64,000 nucleotides of DNA from Tubulanus polymorphus (lineage: Eukaryota; Animalia; Nemertea). Below, piece after piece: positions 1-11,301 of this stretch. The notes below the pieces were generated by a model. The model saw only the letters and a program-made list of their open reading frames with translations. It did not search any database and was not told the DNA's origin. The first letter of the stretch is position 1. The number at the start of each line of letters is the position of its first letter. The stretch covers positions 18,624,560-18,688,559 of the forward strand of contig NC_134027.1 of assembly GCF_964204645.1 (NCBI RefSeq), given 5' to 3'. The translations under genes and the position numbers were made by a program.

Positions 1-315
1 ACTGCCAGCTACGAATGTATTGTAGAGATTCTTCCTATTTACAGTATTTGCACCCTGGAACATGGGAATGTCCCTCATTGGCTGGAAATATGTGCAAACT
101 CGGCTTCATTCTCAATGGTCATTCGTTGGTCAATTTTGTGAAAAGGCTGACAATGTAACAGCTCCAGTGCCAGCGACCGAACCAAGTATATTCATAGTTA
201 CAATTGGGGGCAGCACCATTTGATCAAGCTGGCAGCCAATGTGTTAAATGCACACAGAACAAACAGTAAAAAAAAGTGTGTTAGACAATTTTACTATCAA
301 AATAACTTGACATTT

Positions 316-1210
316 TTAGGCCAGCCGTAGGCTGAGCCTATTGCTATACAAATGGAGCGAATTTAAATGACATGGTTTTCAGAGCTAAGGCTCTTTGACT
401 GTGCAACTGAGCATATATTCATGTAAATCATTCATTAGAACATTATCCATTCTCCAACCCCTATGAAGCTGAATTTTGAAAAAGGGCCTCGTTAAAATTT
501 ATATGAGCTTTTCCGCGAAAATCTGAACGCAAAAATATCTGTTTTAAAAAGCCAATCAGAAAGCAAAGACTCCTCTGTGATTGGCTTAGCCGCAGAGATC
601 AGCAGGTGTTCACGTGTGAACCCGTGGTATCGTCTACCGATTTACTTCCGGGTTTTATTTTAAGATCTAGAATTGTATTTCAAGATCGGTTTCTCTGAAA
701 TCTTTAGTTGACTTGATTTTTGGAGGAATGTTTCTATTGGCACTACAGAAAATATCAGTCATTTATGCAAAGTCTTGGAAAATAGCTTTTTCTCAGATTG
801 GATGGATGACCTTGATAAGCTAATTAGCCATGTGCTCAAACTGCAAATTCAATCAAATTTTATTCTGCAAAAAAATATCAAATCCAATTCAATTGTATTT
901 TGTTGGGCAAATTAAACATCAAATCCAATTCAAATCCAATTTTTTTTTATCGAGCAAATTTTAGAAAATTCAATTCTATTCCGCATTCAAATCGATATAC
1001 CAAGGGAAAAGATTAATCTGAGGTATTTGTTCCTGCCAGCTCCAGTTGCTGTCTGTGCTACTTATGAAAACCCGATTGTTTTGTAAATTATAGCGGGTAT
1101 TGACTCGGAGCTGGGCCCAGTGAATTTTGACAAATATAACCCACAGAATGCATCATTTGTCATATTCATGAAAAGCTGATAGGCCATCGTGCCACTTGGG
1201 GCTCTTGTTT
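316..1210 (+). mobile_element. Non-autonomous Helentron-associated-like repeat (HINE family A), copy 1
   Basis: Starts TTTTTAGGCCAGCCGTAGGCTGAGCCTA (short hairpin after T-run), ends ...GTGCCACTTGGGGCTCTTGTT; whole ~890 bp is present inverted at 1625-2514 and a diverged piece at ~34540-34730. T-run flanks, no TSD. Confidence 0.65.
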
Positions 1211-1624
1211 TCAAATTTCCCTGCGTACGCACAGGGGATGCAAGCGCTTACGCTGTGAATGGGCTAGTACTGGTTCAAATGGCTTTTAGATAGTATTATA
1301 CAGGGTGTCTCAGAAAATGTGTTGCCCTTTGCCTTAAGGTTTACAATTCATTAACTATGAATTTATTTATTATTTTGGGAGGTAAAGTTGGTAGACCTGG
1401 ATGTCTAGTTGAGAATGAAATGTTGAAATGTAGAAATAAATCATGCATGGCTGAGCACTAGCATGTTTATGAATCGCCATTAATATGTTGTCGAACCAAA
1501 TTTGCGGATTGTTCCATTGTGTACGTCTATTGTTAAATGACCACCTGCCTGTTGGAAAAATTGATTTAAAATAAAAAAATTATTGAATTTCACTTCTTGT
1601 GACCTTTTCCTGTTGGGAAATGTT

Positions 1625-2514
1625 AAAAGAGCCCCAGGGGGCACTATGGCCAGCCTGTCAGCTTTTCATAAAATAGCAAATAATGATGCATGCTATGGGT
1701 TAAATTTGTCAAAATACACTCCCAGCTCAGAGTCAATATCTAATAATTTACACAATACAATCGTAGAATACAAAAGTAGCACAGACAGCGACTGGATATG
1801 GCAGGAACAAATACCTCAGATAAATCTTTTCCCTTGGTCTTATTGATTTTAATGCGGAATAGAATTGAATTTTCTGCAATTTGCTCAATAAAACAAAATT
1901 GAATTGGATTTGATGTTTTTATTTGTTCAATAAAGTAAAATTGAACTGGATTTGATATTTTTTTGCAGAATAAAATTTGATTGAATTTGTAGTTTGAGCA
2001 CATGGCTAATTAGCATATCAAGGTCATCTATCCGATTTGAGAAAAAGCAATTTTTCCCGGACTTTGCACAATGGTCAATGATATTTTCTGTAGTGCTAAT
2101 AAAAATAATCCTCCCAAAAACCAAATGAACTAAAAGCTTTCACAGAAATCGATCTTGAAATACAATTTTAGATCTTAAAATAAAACCCGGAAGTAAAACA
2201 GTAGACCATACCGCCGGTTCACGTGAACACCTGCTGATTTCTGTGGCTAAGCCAATCATAGAGGAGTCTTTGCTTTCTGATTGGCTTTTCAAAACCAATA
2301 TTTTTGCGATCAGATATTCGCAAAAGCTCATATAGATTTTAACGAGGCCCTCTTTCAAAATTCAGCTATGTAGAGTTTGGATAATGCTTTAATGAATGAT
2401 CTGTATGAATATATGCCCAGTTGCACATTCAAAGAGCCTTTGCTCTGGAAACCATGTCATTTAAATTCGCTCCATTTGTATAGTAATAGGCTCAGCCTAC
2501 AGCTGGCCTAAAAA
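1625..2514 (-). mobile_element. HINE family A, copy 2 (inverted), nested in the Tc1/mariner-type element
   Basis: Reverse complement of 316-1210 along its whole length, ending ...GGCTCAGCCTACAGCTGGCCTAAAAA. Confidence 0.7.
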
Positions 2515-2625
2515 CCAAGTAATCTTAAAGACCATCAGCAGGAATCAAGGACTTAGTATCTGGAAAGTAACAGATTTTGCAAAATACTGAACCTGATGTA
2601 TGTATCAAAATTCAACATTGAGAGC

Positions 2626-2904
2626 TTAACTGTGCATTGGTAAAATGGTGATAATATTGAACAAGTCCCAGAGAAGCCTAATTAGTCATGAGAACCAACA
2701 ATTTTATCAAGTAGAAATCTGCTTCAGTTGATTTAATTGTCTGGTCTCAAAGTGGAACATTTATCAATAAATGTTAACTTTGCATTGGTAAAATGGTGAT
2801 AATATTGAACAAGTCCCAGAGAAGCCTAATTAGTCCTGAGTACCAACAATTTTATCAGTTGATTTAATTGTCTGGTCTCAAAGCGGAACATTTATCAATA
2901 AATG
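2626..2904. repeat. Two-copy tandem duplication (~148 bp and ~130 bp)
   Basis: GCATTGGTAAAATGGTGATAATATTGAACAAGTCCCAGAGAAGCC...CATTTATCAATAAATGT occurs twice; the second copy lacks ~17 bp. Confidence 0.9.
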
Positions 2905-3152
2905 TATATAATGCGAAAATCCTTATTTCTTTGGTTTGACTGGTTCAATTGATTTTAGGGACCATTCAAAGACATGGTTTGCTCAGTCATGCATGACTGA
3001 TTTCTTGCATTTCAACATTTCATCCTGGAGTAAACATCCACGTCTACCAACCTTACCCCCCAAAATTCTATTTCAATTATAGTTAATGAACAATTACATT
3101 TAAGCTATGGTAACACAATTTTTTAGACACCCTGTATCTATAATTCCTGTAG

Positions 3153-3236
3153 GTTGTAAATCAGTTTGCTGCAAAATATTCAAAGGAATTTGTCGAAGAA
3201 TGCCGTGCTAACAGTGATGGCTATGTAAACGAGAAG
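3153..3236 (+). CDS. IST1: IST1 coding exon (first visible; ESCRT-III-like core)
   Basis: ag|VVNQFAAKYSKEFVEECRANSDGYVNEK|gtaag; matches the IST1 ..AKYSKEY...C......VN.. segment; 84 nt, phase 0/0. Confidence 0.93.
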
Positions 3237-3351
3237 GTAAGAACTCTTTGAAATTCAAGATTGATTGCCAACACATGATTGAAATTCAAAATTGATTGTC
3301 AGAATGTGATTGGGCGAAATGAATTTAATGATGAAAATTTATACATTTCAG

Positions 3352-3465
3352 TTACTAGTAAAATTATCAGTAAACAAACCTCCGGCAATATTGATTGAGA
3401 GATATATGATTGAAATAGCTAGGGTTTATAAAGTGCCTTATGAACCCGACCCCGAGGTTATGTTG
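3352..3465 (+). CDS. IST1: IST1 coding exon
   Basis: cag|LLVKLSVNKPPAILIERYMIEIARVYKVPYEPDPEVML|gtacgt; matches IST1 KLSV..PP..L.ERY.IEIA..Y.VPYEPD; 114 nt, phase 0/0. Confidence 0.96.
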
Positions 3466-4011
3466 GTACGTACAATATTTAAATCATCTTTTTTAGCCAA
3501 CTTAGGACTAAAGTCCCAATGGTTTATTGCATCCACTTTTTGTTCATTGGTTGGTAGATGAAATCCAGTTATTTTGCAAAGTTTTGAAGACGCTTCGATG
3601 GATTGTCTTGATATTTCAATCAATTTTATTATTCAGATCAATGCAAATCCGTTGAAAAAAATGGGAGGGGGGTGAGGATGATGACTGTGGTTTTCCAGCA
3701 TTTTAAGGATAGATTGGTACGACCATAAAAGCATTTCCCGATCTATTTTAGAATGCGATCATTTTCAGCCCACTTGGGACTTTAGTCCCAGCGGGCTATT
3801 GCGTTCATTTTTCTTCCGTTCGTCCATCCGTAGACGGAATCCAGTTATTTTGGGAAGTTTTGAAGACGCTTCAAGGTAATGTCTTGATATTTGGTTTATA
3901 CATGTATCTCCCCTAGACACATCTTCAGCCCAAGAACTGGCCCTCTCAGATTCTAGATAACCTACTGGCAGCCATTGTTGTTCGCCAAATTCAGCACGTT
4001 TTACACATTTA

Positions 4012-6316
4012 AGGATCAACTGTCTTGATCCTTATAGAGTGGTCCTGAGAGTAACTTTCTGTTAGCTCTTGGTGGCACAAATTGTAACCACTGGATATAC
4101 ACAGCTGATATTTTGCCTAGTGACCATGGGGATGGAAGGAAGAATGAACATCTAAGCTCCATGTAACTTCTACATATTTAACAGAAACAACATCTTCCTG
4201 CCATCTAACTTAGCAGGACAATGTTAAATAATACACAGGGATTCTTCTGAATATTGCTTCAACAACTACGATCTTCCCTAAGAAAATCTGTGAGTGTTTA
4301 AAAAGTGAAATCTTTCATCCGTGGGAAATCAACCAAGCAACTTAGCAACCACCAGTCAGCAACCATTTCAGACAAGGGAAACCATGGCAACTAAGGTTAA
4401 GGGCTGTGACAAAAAAGGGCAAATACATGAAGAAGCTCTGAAGTTTGCTGAGAGTCTAGCAGAACTGGACAGTGATTGTGATTCAACACTAGAAGAAGAT
4501 GATGAATGGGGAAACTATGTACCGTGCTCTAAATGTAACCGTCTGTTAATTTTGAAAACGAGATTGTCCAGTGTTCCAAGTGCGGTCAGTCAATTTGTAA
4601 TAACTGCTCCAATGCAGCTGAAAATGCAGAGAATCTGCCAGTTAAATATCTGTGTAGTCGATGTTTGACTGATTTTCAAACTGAGCAGAAATTTCAAGAG
4701 ATGGAGACCATTAAGTTGGAGATAAAGAACATGAGAGAAATATTCTTTAACGCTATAGAAATTTTAGAATCCCGGATTACCAAAATACATCAAGAAGTTT
4801 CTGCAAAAGAAAGCTATAAAACAAATAAATGCATAGCTGACATCAGAGAAAAAAATTGAGACTCATAGCAGACTATTGGATACGAACTCAAAAAATCTCG
4901 ATATTCTTTCAAATCAAATTAAGCAGATTGAGAGTGAAAATATGGTCTTCAAGAAATCTACCCATAAAATGGAAGCTGGATTTCACACTTCAACAAAAAC
5001 ATCGACTGAGGAAATCAGTGTTTCAAATAGCTCTTCCAATGATGAGAGACGGTCACACATTATCATATATAACATACCTGAATCAGATAATAAGATTATT
5101 TGTGACGACACTTCTCGGGTGGAAAGATTTCTAAATGGTATCATTAAACTTGGTGCAGCCAACTTAAGAGACATCAGAAGAATTGGCAATAAAAATCAAA
5201 CGAGACCACGTCCCATAAGAGTGATATTTACCAATGTAAATGATCGGGTTCAATGCGTAGAGAATTACATAAAATTAAAAAGGACCGAACCTGCAACACT
5301 CAATGGGATCCAGTTAGCTAAGAACAGAACAAAAAAGGAGCAACAACAGCATGTCAAGAAGAAGAGTGGAACCCAACTACAGCATGGATGTGTACCAGAA
5401 CAGAACAATATATCAAAAACGACACTTAATATATAATATTCATGCTATATCTAAATATTGATATCACATTTTTTATCAATGTGGAAATAACTGAGAAAAA
5501 CTTATTTAGATAACTTGAGTATTGATAACTAATCTCAAAAGTCTTTCTCTAAAAAACTATTAGAACTTATTAACTATAAATAGATAACTTTATTATTCTT
5601 TAAAATCTAAACTCGAAATGATACTGATAGATTATTGATATCAATATTTCTAACTAGTCATGTAATGTTACAATACTTGGCAACCATTCTAACTGATCTA
5701 AAGAACATTTAACACCCATCTTTAAGATGGGCTAGGTGCAGATCAAACTATGAGCATTGAGAAATATTTTAAATATCACCTAAATTTATGTAAATTACCA
5801 AACGAGCCGGACACCAATAGGCCTCAACAGGCCTCCATAAGTCCGTGATATTGATGATGATGATGATGATGATGATGATATTTTGTCAATAGGTGGAAAA
5901 TAGATGGTGGAATTGATATGGCCGATTTTGTCCATCAGCTCTAAGCCGTTTGGAAGTACTGGGAGAAAATGTGCAAAATTTCCATAAATTTTTTCCCATT
6001 CTGCTAATTGATGCTTGACCTAGTTTTATGACATCACAGGGAAAGCCCTTCAGAACGGCATCACTGGGAAATCCCTCTAGAAGGGCTTTCCTGGTGACAA
6101 CATATTAGAGAACTGTTCTACCACGTACTTGTGACTCATAGGGAAAACCCATTACCTTGTATATCAACTAAGTTGCACATGCTTACTACACAGTGCACCA
6201 TGATGATTTCATCTTTATCAGCTGTTTATACGTAATCGAAAATCCAAGAACAAATCGATTTTTGTGCTCAAAACTAAAACGTACTCAGTTGATCCTACTA
6301 CTGGACGCATGGTCCT
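4012..6316 (+). mobile_element. Non-autonomous DNA element, family X (PIF/Harbinger-like termini)
   Basis: TTA|AGGATCAA...CATGGTCCT|TTA; same sequence inverted at 57731-59704 and partly at ~60430-60820; interrupts HINE B. Confidence 0.65.
4116..5875 (+). mobile_element. LINE-derived insertion with only a degenerate ORF1 (Cys-rich/PHD-like + coiled coil + RRM-like domain) and (GAT)n tail
   Basis: Frameshifted ORFs 4384-5436: CSKC...CSKC.QSICNNC...YLCSRC, heptad-like region, RRSHIIIYNIPES...RRIG...RPRPIRVIF (CR1/L2-group ORF1p pattern); 3' stem-loop AGGCC-tcaaca-GGCCT, (GAT)n tail; 10-bp duplication TGATATTTTG at 4106-4115 and 5876-5885. Confidence 0.75.
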
Positions 6317-6890
6317 TTATTGAAGTTTTCGAGGGAAATTTTTAAGACCCTTTTATCAATTACCTTGATCTTTCAGATATATGTTTGTATCCCCCAAGGG
6401 CCTATCAGCATGAGAAAAATTGGGTCGGCCGGACTCAAGATGGCCATCTTGTGACCTGTTTTGTGCCCAAAAATGTCAATTTTGGCCTGAATTCTGAGTC
6501 CTGTAACTTTCTAATGGTTTGCCATTTTTCATTGCAATTTGTGATGGGTATTCTTTGAAAAGAAATCTTTAATACCTGAGACAGGTATTTTTGTTCAGCC
6601 AATTATGACGCAATTGGCGGCCATCTTGGTGTCATCAGTACTCATTTGTAGCTGGAAAAAAGTATTTCCACATTATATTGATACCTAGGCATATTTTGTC
6701 ACCACAATCAATTGGAAAGTTGTAGCGCATAACGTGTTCTATGATTTTGGTGAGTTTCAAGGTCATTAGTTTTTGTATATGGCCACCAGGGGGCATTGAA
6801 CAATGCAATAACTTAGTATGTCTATACTATATTTGTACCTATGCATATTTTGTTACCACAATCAATTTCAAAATCGTAGCTGCTGACATA

Positions 6891-9468
6891 CTTCTATTCA
6901 GATGATTTTAATGTTTGCCACCACCGCTAGGTGCGCTATTGTTCAGTCACCAAGGATAATGTAAATGATCTTACTGAACAATTTGTGTCTTCTTTATTAA
7001 AAAGTGCTGAAGAGTGTAATCTGATGTATCATAGAAAAAGTAATGGCAGGAAAAAGACAGTTCACAAGTGGTTTCACAAAGACTGCAGAGATGCACAGAA
7101 AGAATATAATTATAGGAGAGATAGATATAGGGGCTGCCCTACGCCTTCTAACTTTGACTCATTTAAGAAGGCATCTAAAAAGTATAAAAAAGTTATAAGA
7201 CAAAGTAAGAAAATACAAAAGGAAGCATTTATTAAGGAACTGAGAGAATGTGAAATTAATGATCCAAAACGATATTGAAGACAGGGCGAAAATCTCTCAC
7301 CCATTCTATTTTCTTTATTCTTAAACGATATCGAGGATTTTTCTATCACTCGTGGAAAACCAACTCTGTCATTAATTGAAAGTCTGAATTCAAAACGTAA
7401 TCAGGAGATTGATACTTTATTGAATTTGTTTATCATTCTCTATGCGGATGATACAGTTATTCTCGCTGAAGATGAGAAAGCACTACAGTCACAGTTAGAT
7501 ACTTTATTTGATTATTGCGCTGTTAATGGCCTCACTGTGAATGCCGAAAAAACCAAAATATTAGTCTTTGCTAGAAGTAAAATCAGGATAAAACAGATTT
7601 CGAAATTCATGTTTGGCGATCAAGAGCTAGAGGTAGTTGAGGATTATGTATATCTTGGAGTGAAATTTAATTGGAATGGTAGCTTTGCTAAAGCAAGAAA
7701 ATACCTTTATGATAAAGCAATGAGAGCTGTGTTTTCGATCATTCAGAAAGGTAGGCGTTTGAAACTTCCAGAAGATGTTATGTTCAAGCTATTTGATATG
7801 TGTGTCGTTCCTATCGCTATGTATGGATGCGAGGTTTGGGGTTAGAAAATCTTGATTTATTAGAGAATCTCCACTCATTGTACTGCAAAATTTTAATGAA
7901 AGTGACAAAATATTCTCGTAATTTGCAAGTGTTATCAGAACTAGGATGTTATCCTTTATGTATAGAAGTCAAACGTAGAATGATTAATTTTTGGATAAAG
8001 ACAGTATCGGGAAAGGAAACTAAACTCAATCCTTTACAAAATATCTTACAATTTGTATCTAAACGATAGACATAAGAGCCCTTGGTTATTATTTATTAAG
8101 AAATCCTTTGATGATTGCGGTTTATCTCATATTTGGACACAACAATTTATGGTGAACAGTAGGACCTTCTCAAGGCGAATAAAACAGATTCTTTGTGACC
8201 AACATCTTCAAAATACCGTTTCCACAATAGATGCTAGCCCGACATACATTAATTATAGACAATACAAAAATGATATTAAATTAGAAAGATATATTAGTGA
8301 ACTTGATGAAGATTTAGTAATAAGTTTATTCGAATTTAGAATTGGGTCTTATCTCTTGCCTGTAAATAAATTATCAAATCTTCCGTTAGATAGAAATGAT
8401 AGATTATGTTCAGCTTGTACTGTTTTAGGTGATGAATTGCATTTTATTTTTAACTGCAACCTACTGAATGAAATCCGTGAAAATATTTTGAATCTGAACT
8501 CTTTTGGCAATCTTGATATTCTAAAAAATCCTACAATCCACCTTGCAAAATTCATTAAAAAAGGCTTAGATGTATATAGATCCCTCCAATAATTAGTATG
8601 TTGCAAATAGTGTATGTATATATTGTTGATAACTTTGTTATATTTTATCAAAACAAGTTTATACTTTCTGTTAATTGTAAATATTCTATACTTTGTATAA
8701 GTCTCCCTCCATGTACCATAGAAATGGTTGGAGTGTAAATAATATCCTCATCCTAATCCTAGGCCAAGGGCGAAATGAGAAGAAAATTGTCCGAAATCGA
8801 CAGTTTGAGTAAAATTTTACGAAATTAACGAACTATAAACCATAAAGAGCCACCGGGCACTGAAGATGGAAGTATTTTATAATTTATCAGTCTTCTGTTT
8901 TATGCCTTTGATGCTTGAAAAAATATACTTTAAATAAGATAAATCAGCGATTCAATAACAAGACAATAATCGCTGTTACGGGCCATAGATGGCAGCACTA
9001 TACGGTCATTATTATCAGATATTTTTGGAAACTACCTACCATTATAATCTTGAAGATGTAAAGGAGTTAACCATGTAAGTTAGAATGATAAATAATACCA
9101 ATAAAACGAGAAAATAACAGAATTATGACTGTTAAACTGTAGATGTTGAGATTCTATCAGGAAGCTGTGGCAAGCGAGTATACGTGTTGTGTAGATTCTC
9201 GTGGGATGGATTAGACTTCTCCGATAAAATCGTCAAAAAGAGCTACGAAACCAATTCAAAATATAGTTTCGATCATCTCAAAAAAAATCAAACACTTGGA
9301 ACCTTCTAGAATTTGGAGTTTGCAAGAATAGGGGATCTCTGTTTAAATGTAGTTCTGGGATGAATACAAATGTCACCCACATTTCAATGCATTTTGCCTT
9401 TGAGGTAGGTGACCAAACACTAACGCCGCTAACGGCGGTGGCTTACATTAAAATCATCTGAATAGAAG
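6891..9468. mobile_element. TA-flanked non-autonomous TIR element
   Basis: TA|CTTCTATTCAGATGATTTTAATGT ... ACATTAAAATCATCTGAATAGAAG|TA (24-bp perfect TIR); interrupts HINE B. Confidence 0.8.
6931..8760 (+). mobile_element. 5'-truncated, internally deleted non-LTR retrotransposon ORF2 (RT; RTEX-like)
   Basis: KWFHKDCR.. segment joined via a stop to RQGENLSPILFSLFLND, LYADD, YVYLG, YGCEVWG and C-terminal RLCSACTVLGDELHFIFNC; frameshifts at ~7843 and ~8050; short (ATCCTN) tail. Clade label is inferred from motifs. Confidence 0.85.
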
Positions 9469-9739
9469 TATTGTGGAGAGTTTCAAGGTCATTGGATGGG
9501 GGCGTTGAATATTGAAATTGTGAGATTGTTGAGCAGTTGAAACCACTTCCAAGTGGGCATGGTGTCCCTGGACCCCTGGTTAGCGGCATGTGTATACTAA
9601 CAAAGTTTTCTCTTTCTGTTGGTCGACCGCGTATCTGTGGATATATGGGATTTAAACCTACTAGTTAACATCATAGTTCAAAATCCATAGAAACAAAAAC
9701 AGTACAAATCTCATTTTCCAATGAGTAATATATATTTAT

Positions 9740-9787
9740 TATAGCGAATGTTTTCAGGATTTACATTATCCCCTCTTCAGGCATAGT
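9740..9787 (-). ncRNA. Minimal type I hammerhead ribozyme-like motif in the inverted pLTR (more decayed copy at 20235-20281, +)
   Basis: Minus strand reads CUAUGC-CUGAAGA-GGGGAU aauguaa AUCCU-GAAA-ACAUUC-GCUAUA: CUGANGA and GAAA core boxes around a stem II. Hammerheads in Penelope pLTRs are established. Confidence 0.6.
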
Positions 9788-10096
9788 GCAAGTGATTAAA
9801 TTTACATATCATACTGGTATTCATATAGAATGAGACAAAGCTAATTACTAACAATTTCAAATTACTGAGTGACAAGATAAATTCAAACTTAATGGTTATC
9901 CTAGCCATGTTTTTGAACACTGTGTTAAAAGATTTCTCGACTCTAAATTCGTTACCCAGCCTAAAACCGTCGATGAGAATAAAGTTTCTCTTTTCATTTC
10001 CATACCGTATGTTGGTTGATGTCTATTCTTTATGCTCAAAAATTAAAGAAACTGTTCAAATCGAATTTTGAAATAGACCTTCAATGCTCGTTCGTA

Positions 10097-11301
10097 CAGG
10101 GCTGCCAACCCTCCCGAATTATTCGGAATCCTCCCGATTTGCGTGAAGAAATTCCGACGATACGATCAGGTATACAAAATTCCGACTTTTTTTTCTTTTT
10201 CGGCGATGTCCGATTTTCCACCCGCCAGCGCGTTGTAACACAATATGATGATTTGGTAGAACAGAATTGAATAGGTGGGGAATTTATATGCACGCCCGCG
10301 GTGGATGAGTGCGTGGCTATATACTGTGTACGTGGGTCAGGCGATAAAAAGCGCTTACTAGCGCGCGCGTGCGTGCGTGTGTGTGTATGAGAGTAGCTGT
10401 GTTATTGATTTTATCTACGCATGGCGTACGATTATTTCGTAGTAGGAGAGCAGCTTTTTAATTTGTTTCAAGAATAAAAATAAAGTTCATTCGTTTTAAA
10501 ATACGTTGTTTTCAATCATTTTTGTGAAAATATTATTACATGTGGCAAAATGTGATTGTTATTGTCAAATTGCTCCGCATCGTTTCGGAGAAGAATCAGT
10601 TTACTGCGGTAATTAGCTCGTTTTCGCAGCGCGATTAGCATTCGAAGATCCGGGTTAGATTTCAACGTGTGGACTCTTTGAAATGTTTCGGTAAGCAATT
10701 GCTTTGCTAGTTTGAACCTTAATGTTGTCACTCTTGTGTTAGTTTGATTTAAAAAGATAATTTAAGATGCTTTTGAGCAGTGCATCTCAAAGTAAACTTT
10801 TAGTTCGCATATTTGGCAGATGGCAGCACCATCGAGTAGCATGTAGATTTAGAGACTTTTTACTGTTTGTATCTTTCAGTTCTGTACGTGGAGTCTCTCT
10901 TGGACAGTATCGTGGAATTGATGCTGGAAATGGATATATTCGCATGACAGCTGTATAGTGTTATGTAATTCGTTTGACAATTTATGCCAGTTTTATGTTC
11001 TTATTTTTTAGTCTATTGTATATTTTTGATAAACACTGTTGATTTTTATCTTTCTTAAAATAATAAAGAAAAAATACATTCTGTAGAATTTGCTGATTTT
11101 TTATTTTGCTAATAATTCCATATTTTCATATCCAGCTTTCATATATTACACGTGAAAGGTATTCCTAATTGAAAGCAAAATATTCCTACTTGGAAAAGTC
11201 ACAATTTCTTCGGTTTCGATATATTCCTATTGAAACCTTCAATATTCCTAATTAATCTGCCATTAATCCCTAAATGGAATTTTGAAAGGTTGGCAGCCCT
11301 G
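10097..11301. mobile_element. Non-autonomous DNA transposon, CAGGGCTGCCAACC TIR, 6-bp TSD (hAT-like)
   Basis: TTCGTA|CAGGGCTGCCAACC...GGTTGGCAGCCCTG|TTCGTA; subterminal ATTCCKA repeats; removal restores the Penelope reading frame. Confidence 0.88.

Larger units (their letters stand above)
1301..3134. mobile_element. Tc1/mariner-type non-autonomous element with ~155-bp imperfect TIRs
   Basis: TA|CAGGGTGTCT...AGACACCCTG|TA; 1301-1456 is the reverse complement of ~2980-3134; TA on both flanks. Confidence 0.75.
3762..9581 (+). mobile_element. HINE family B copy split by two nested DNA elements
   Basis: 5' TTTTCAGCCCACTTGGGACTTTAGTCCCAGCGGGCT with (CCGT)-like microsatellite; body resumes at 6320-6890 and 9471-9581; 3' CCAAGTGGGC + hairpin GGTGTCCCTGGACCCC then GTT. 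Colinear with the uninterrupted copy at 24277-25062. Confidence 0.8.
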
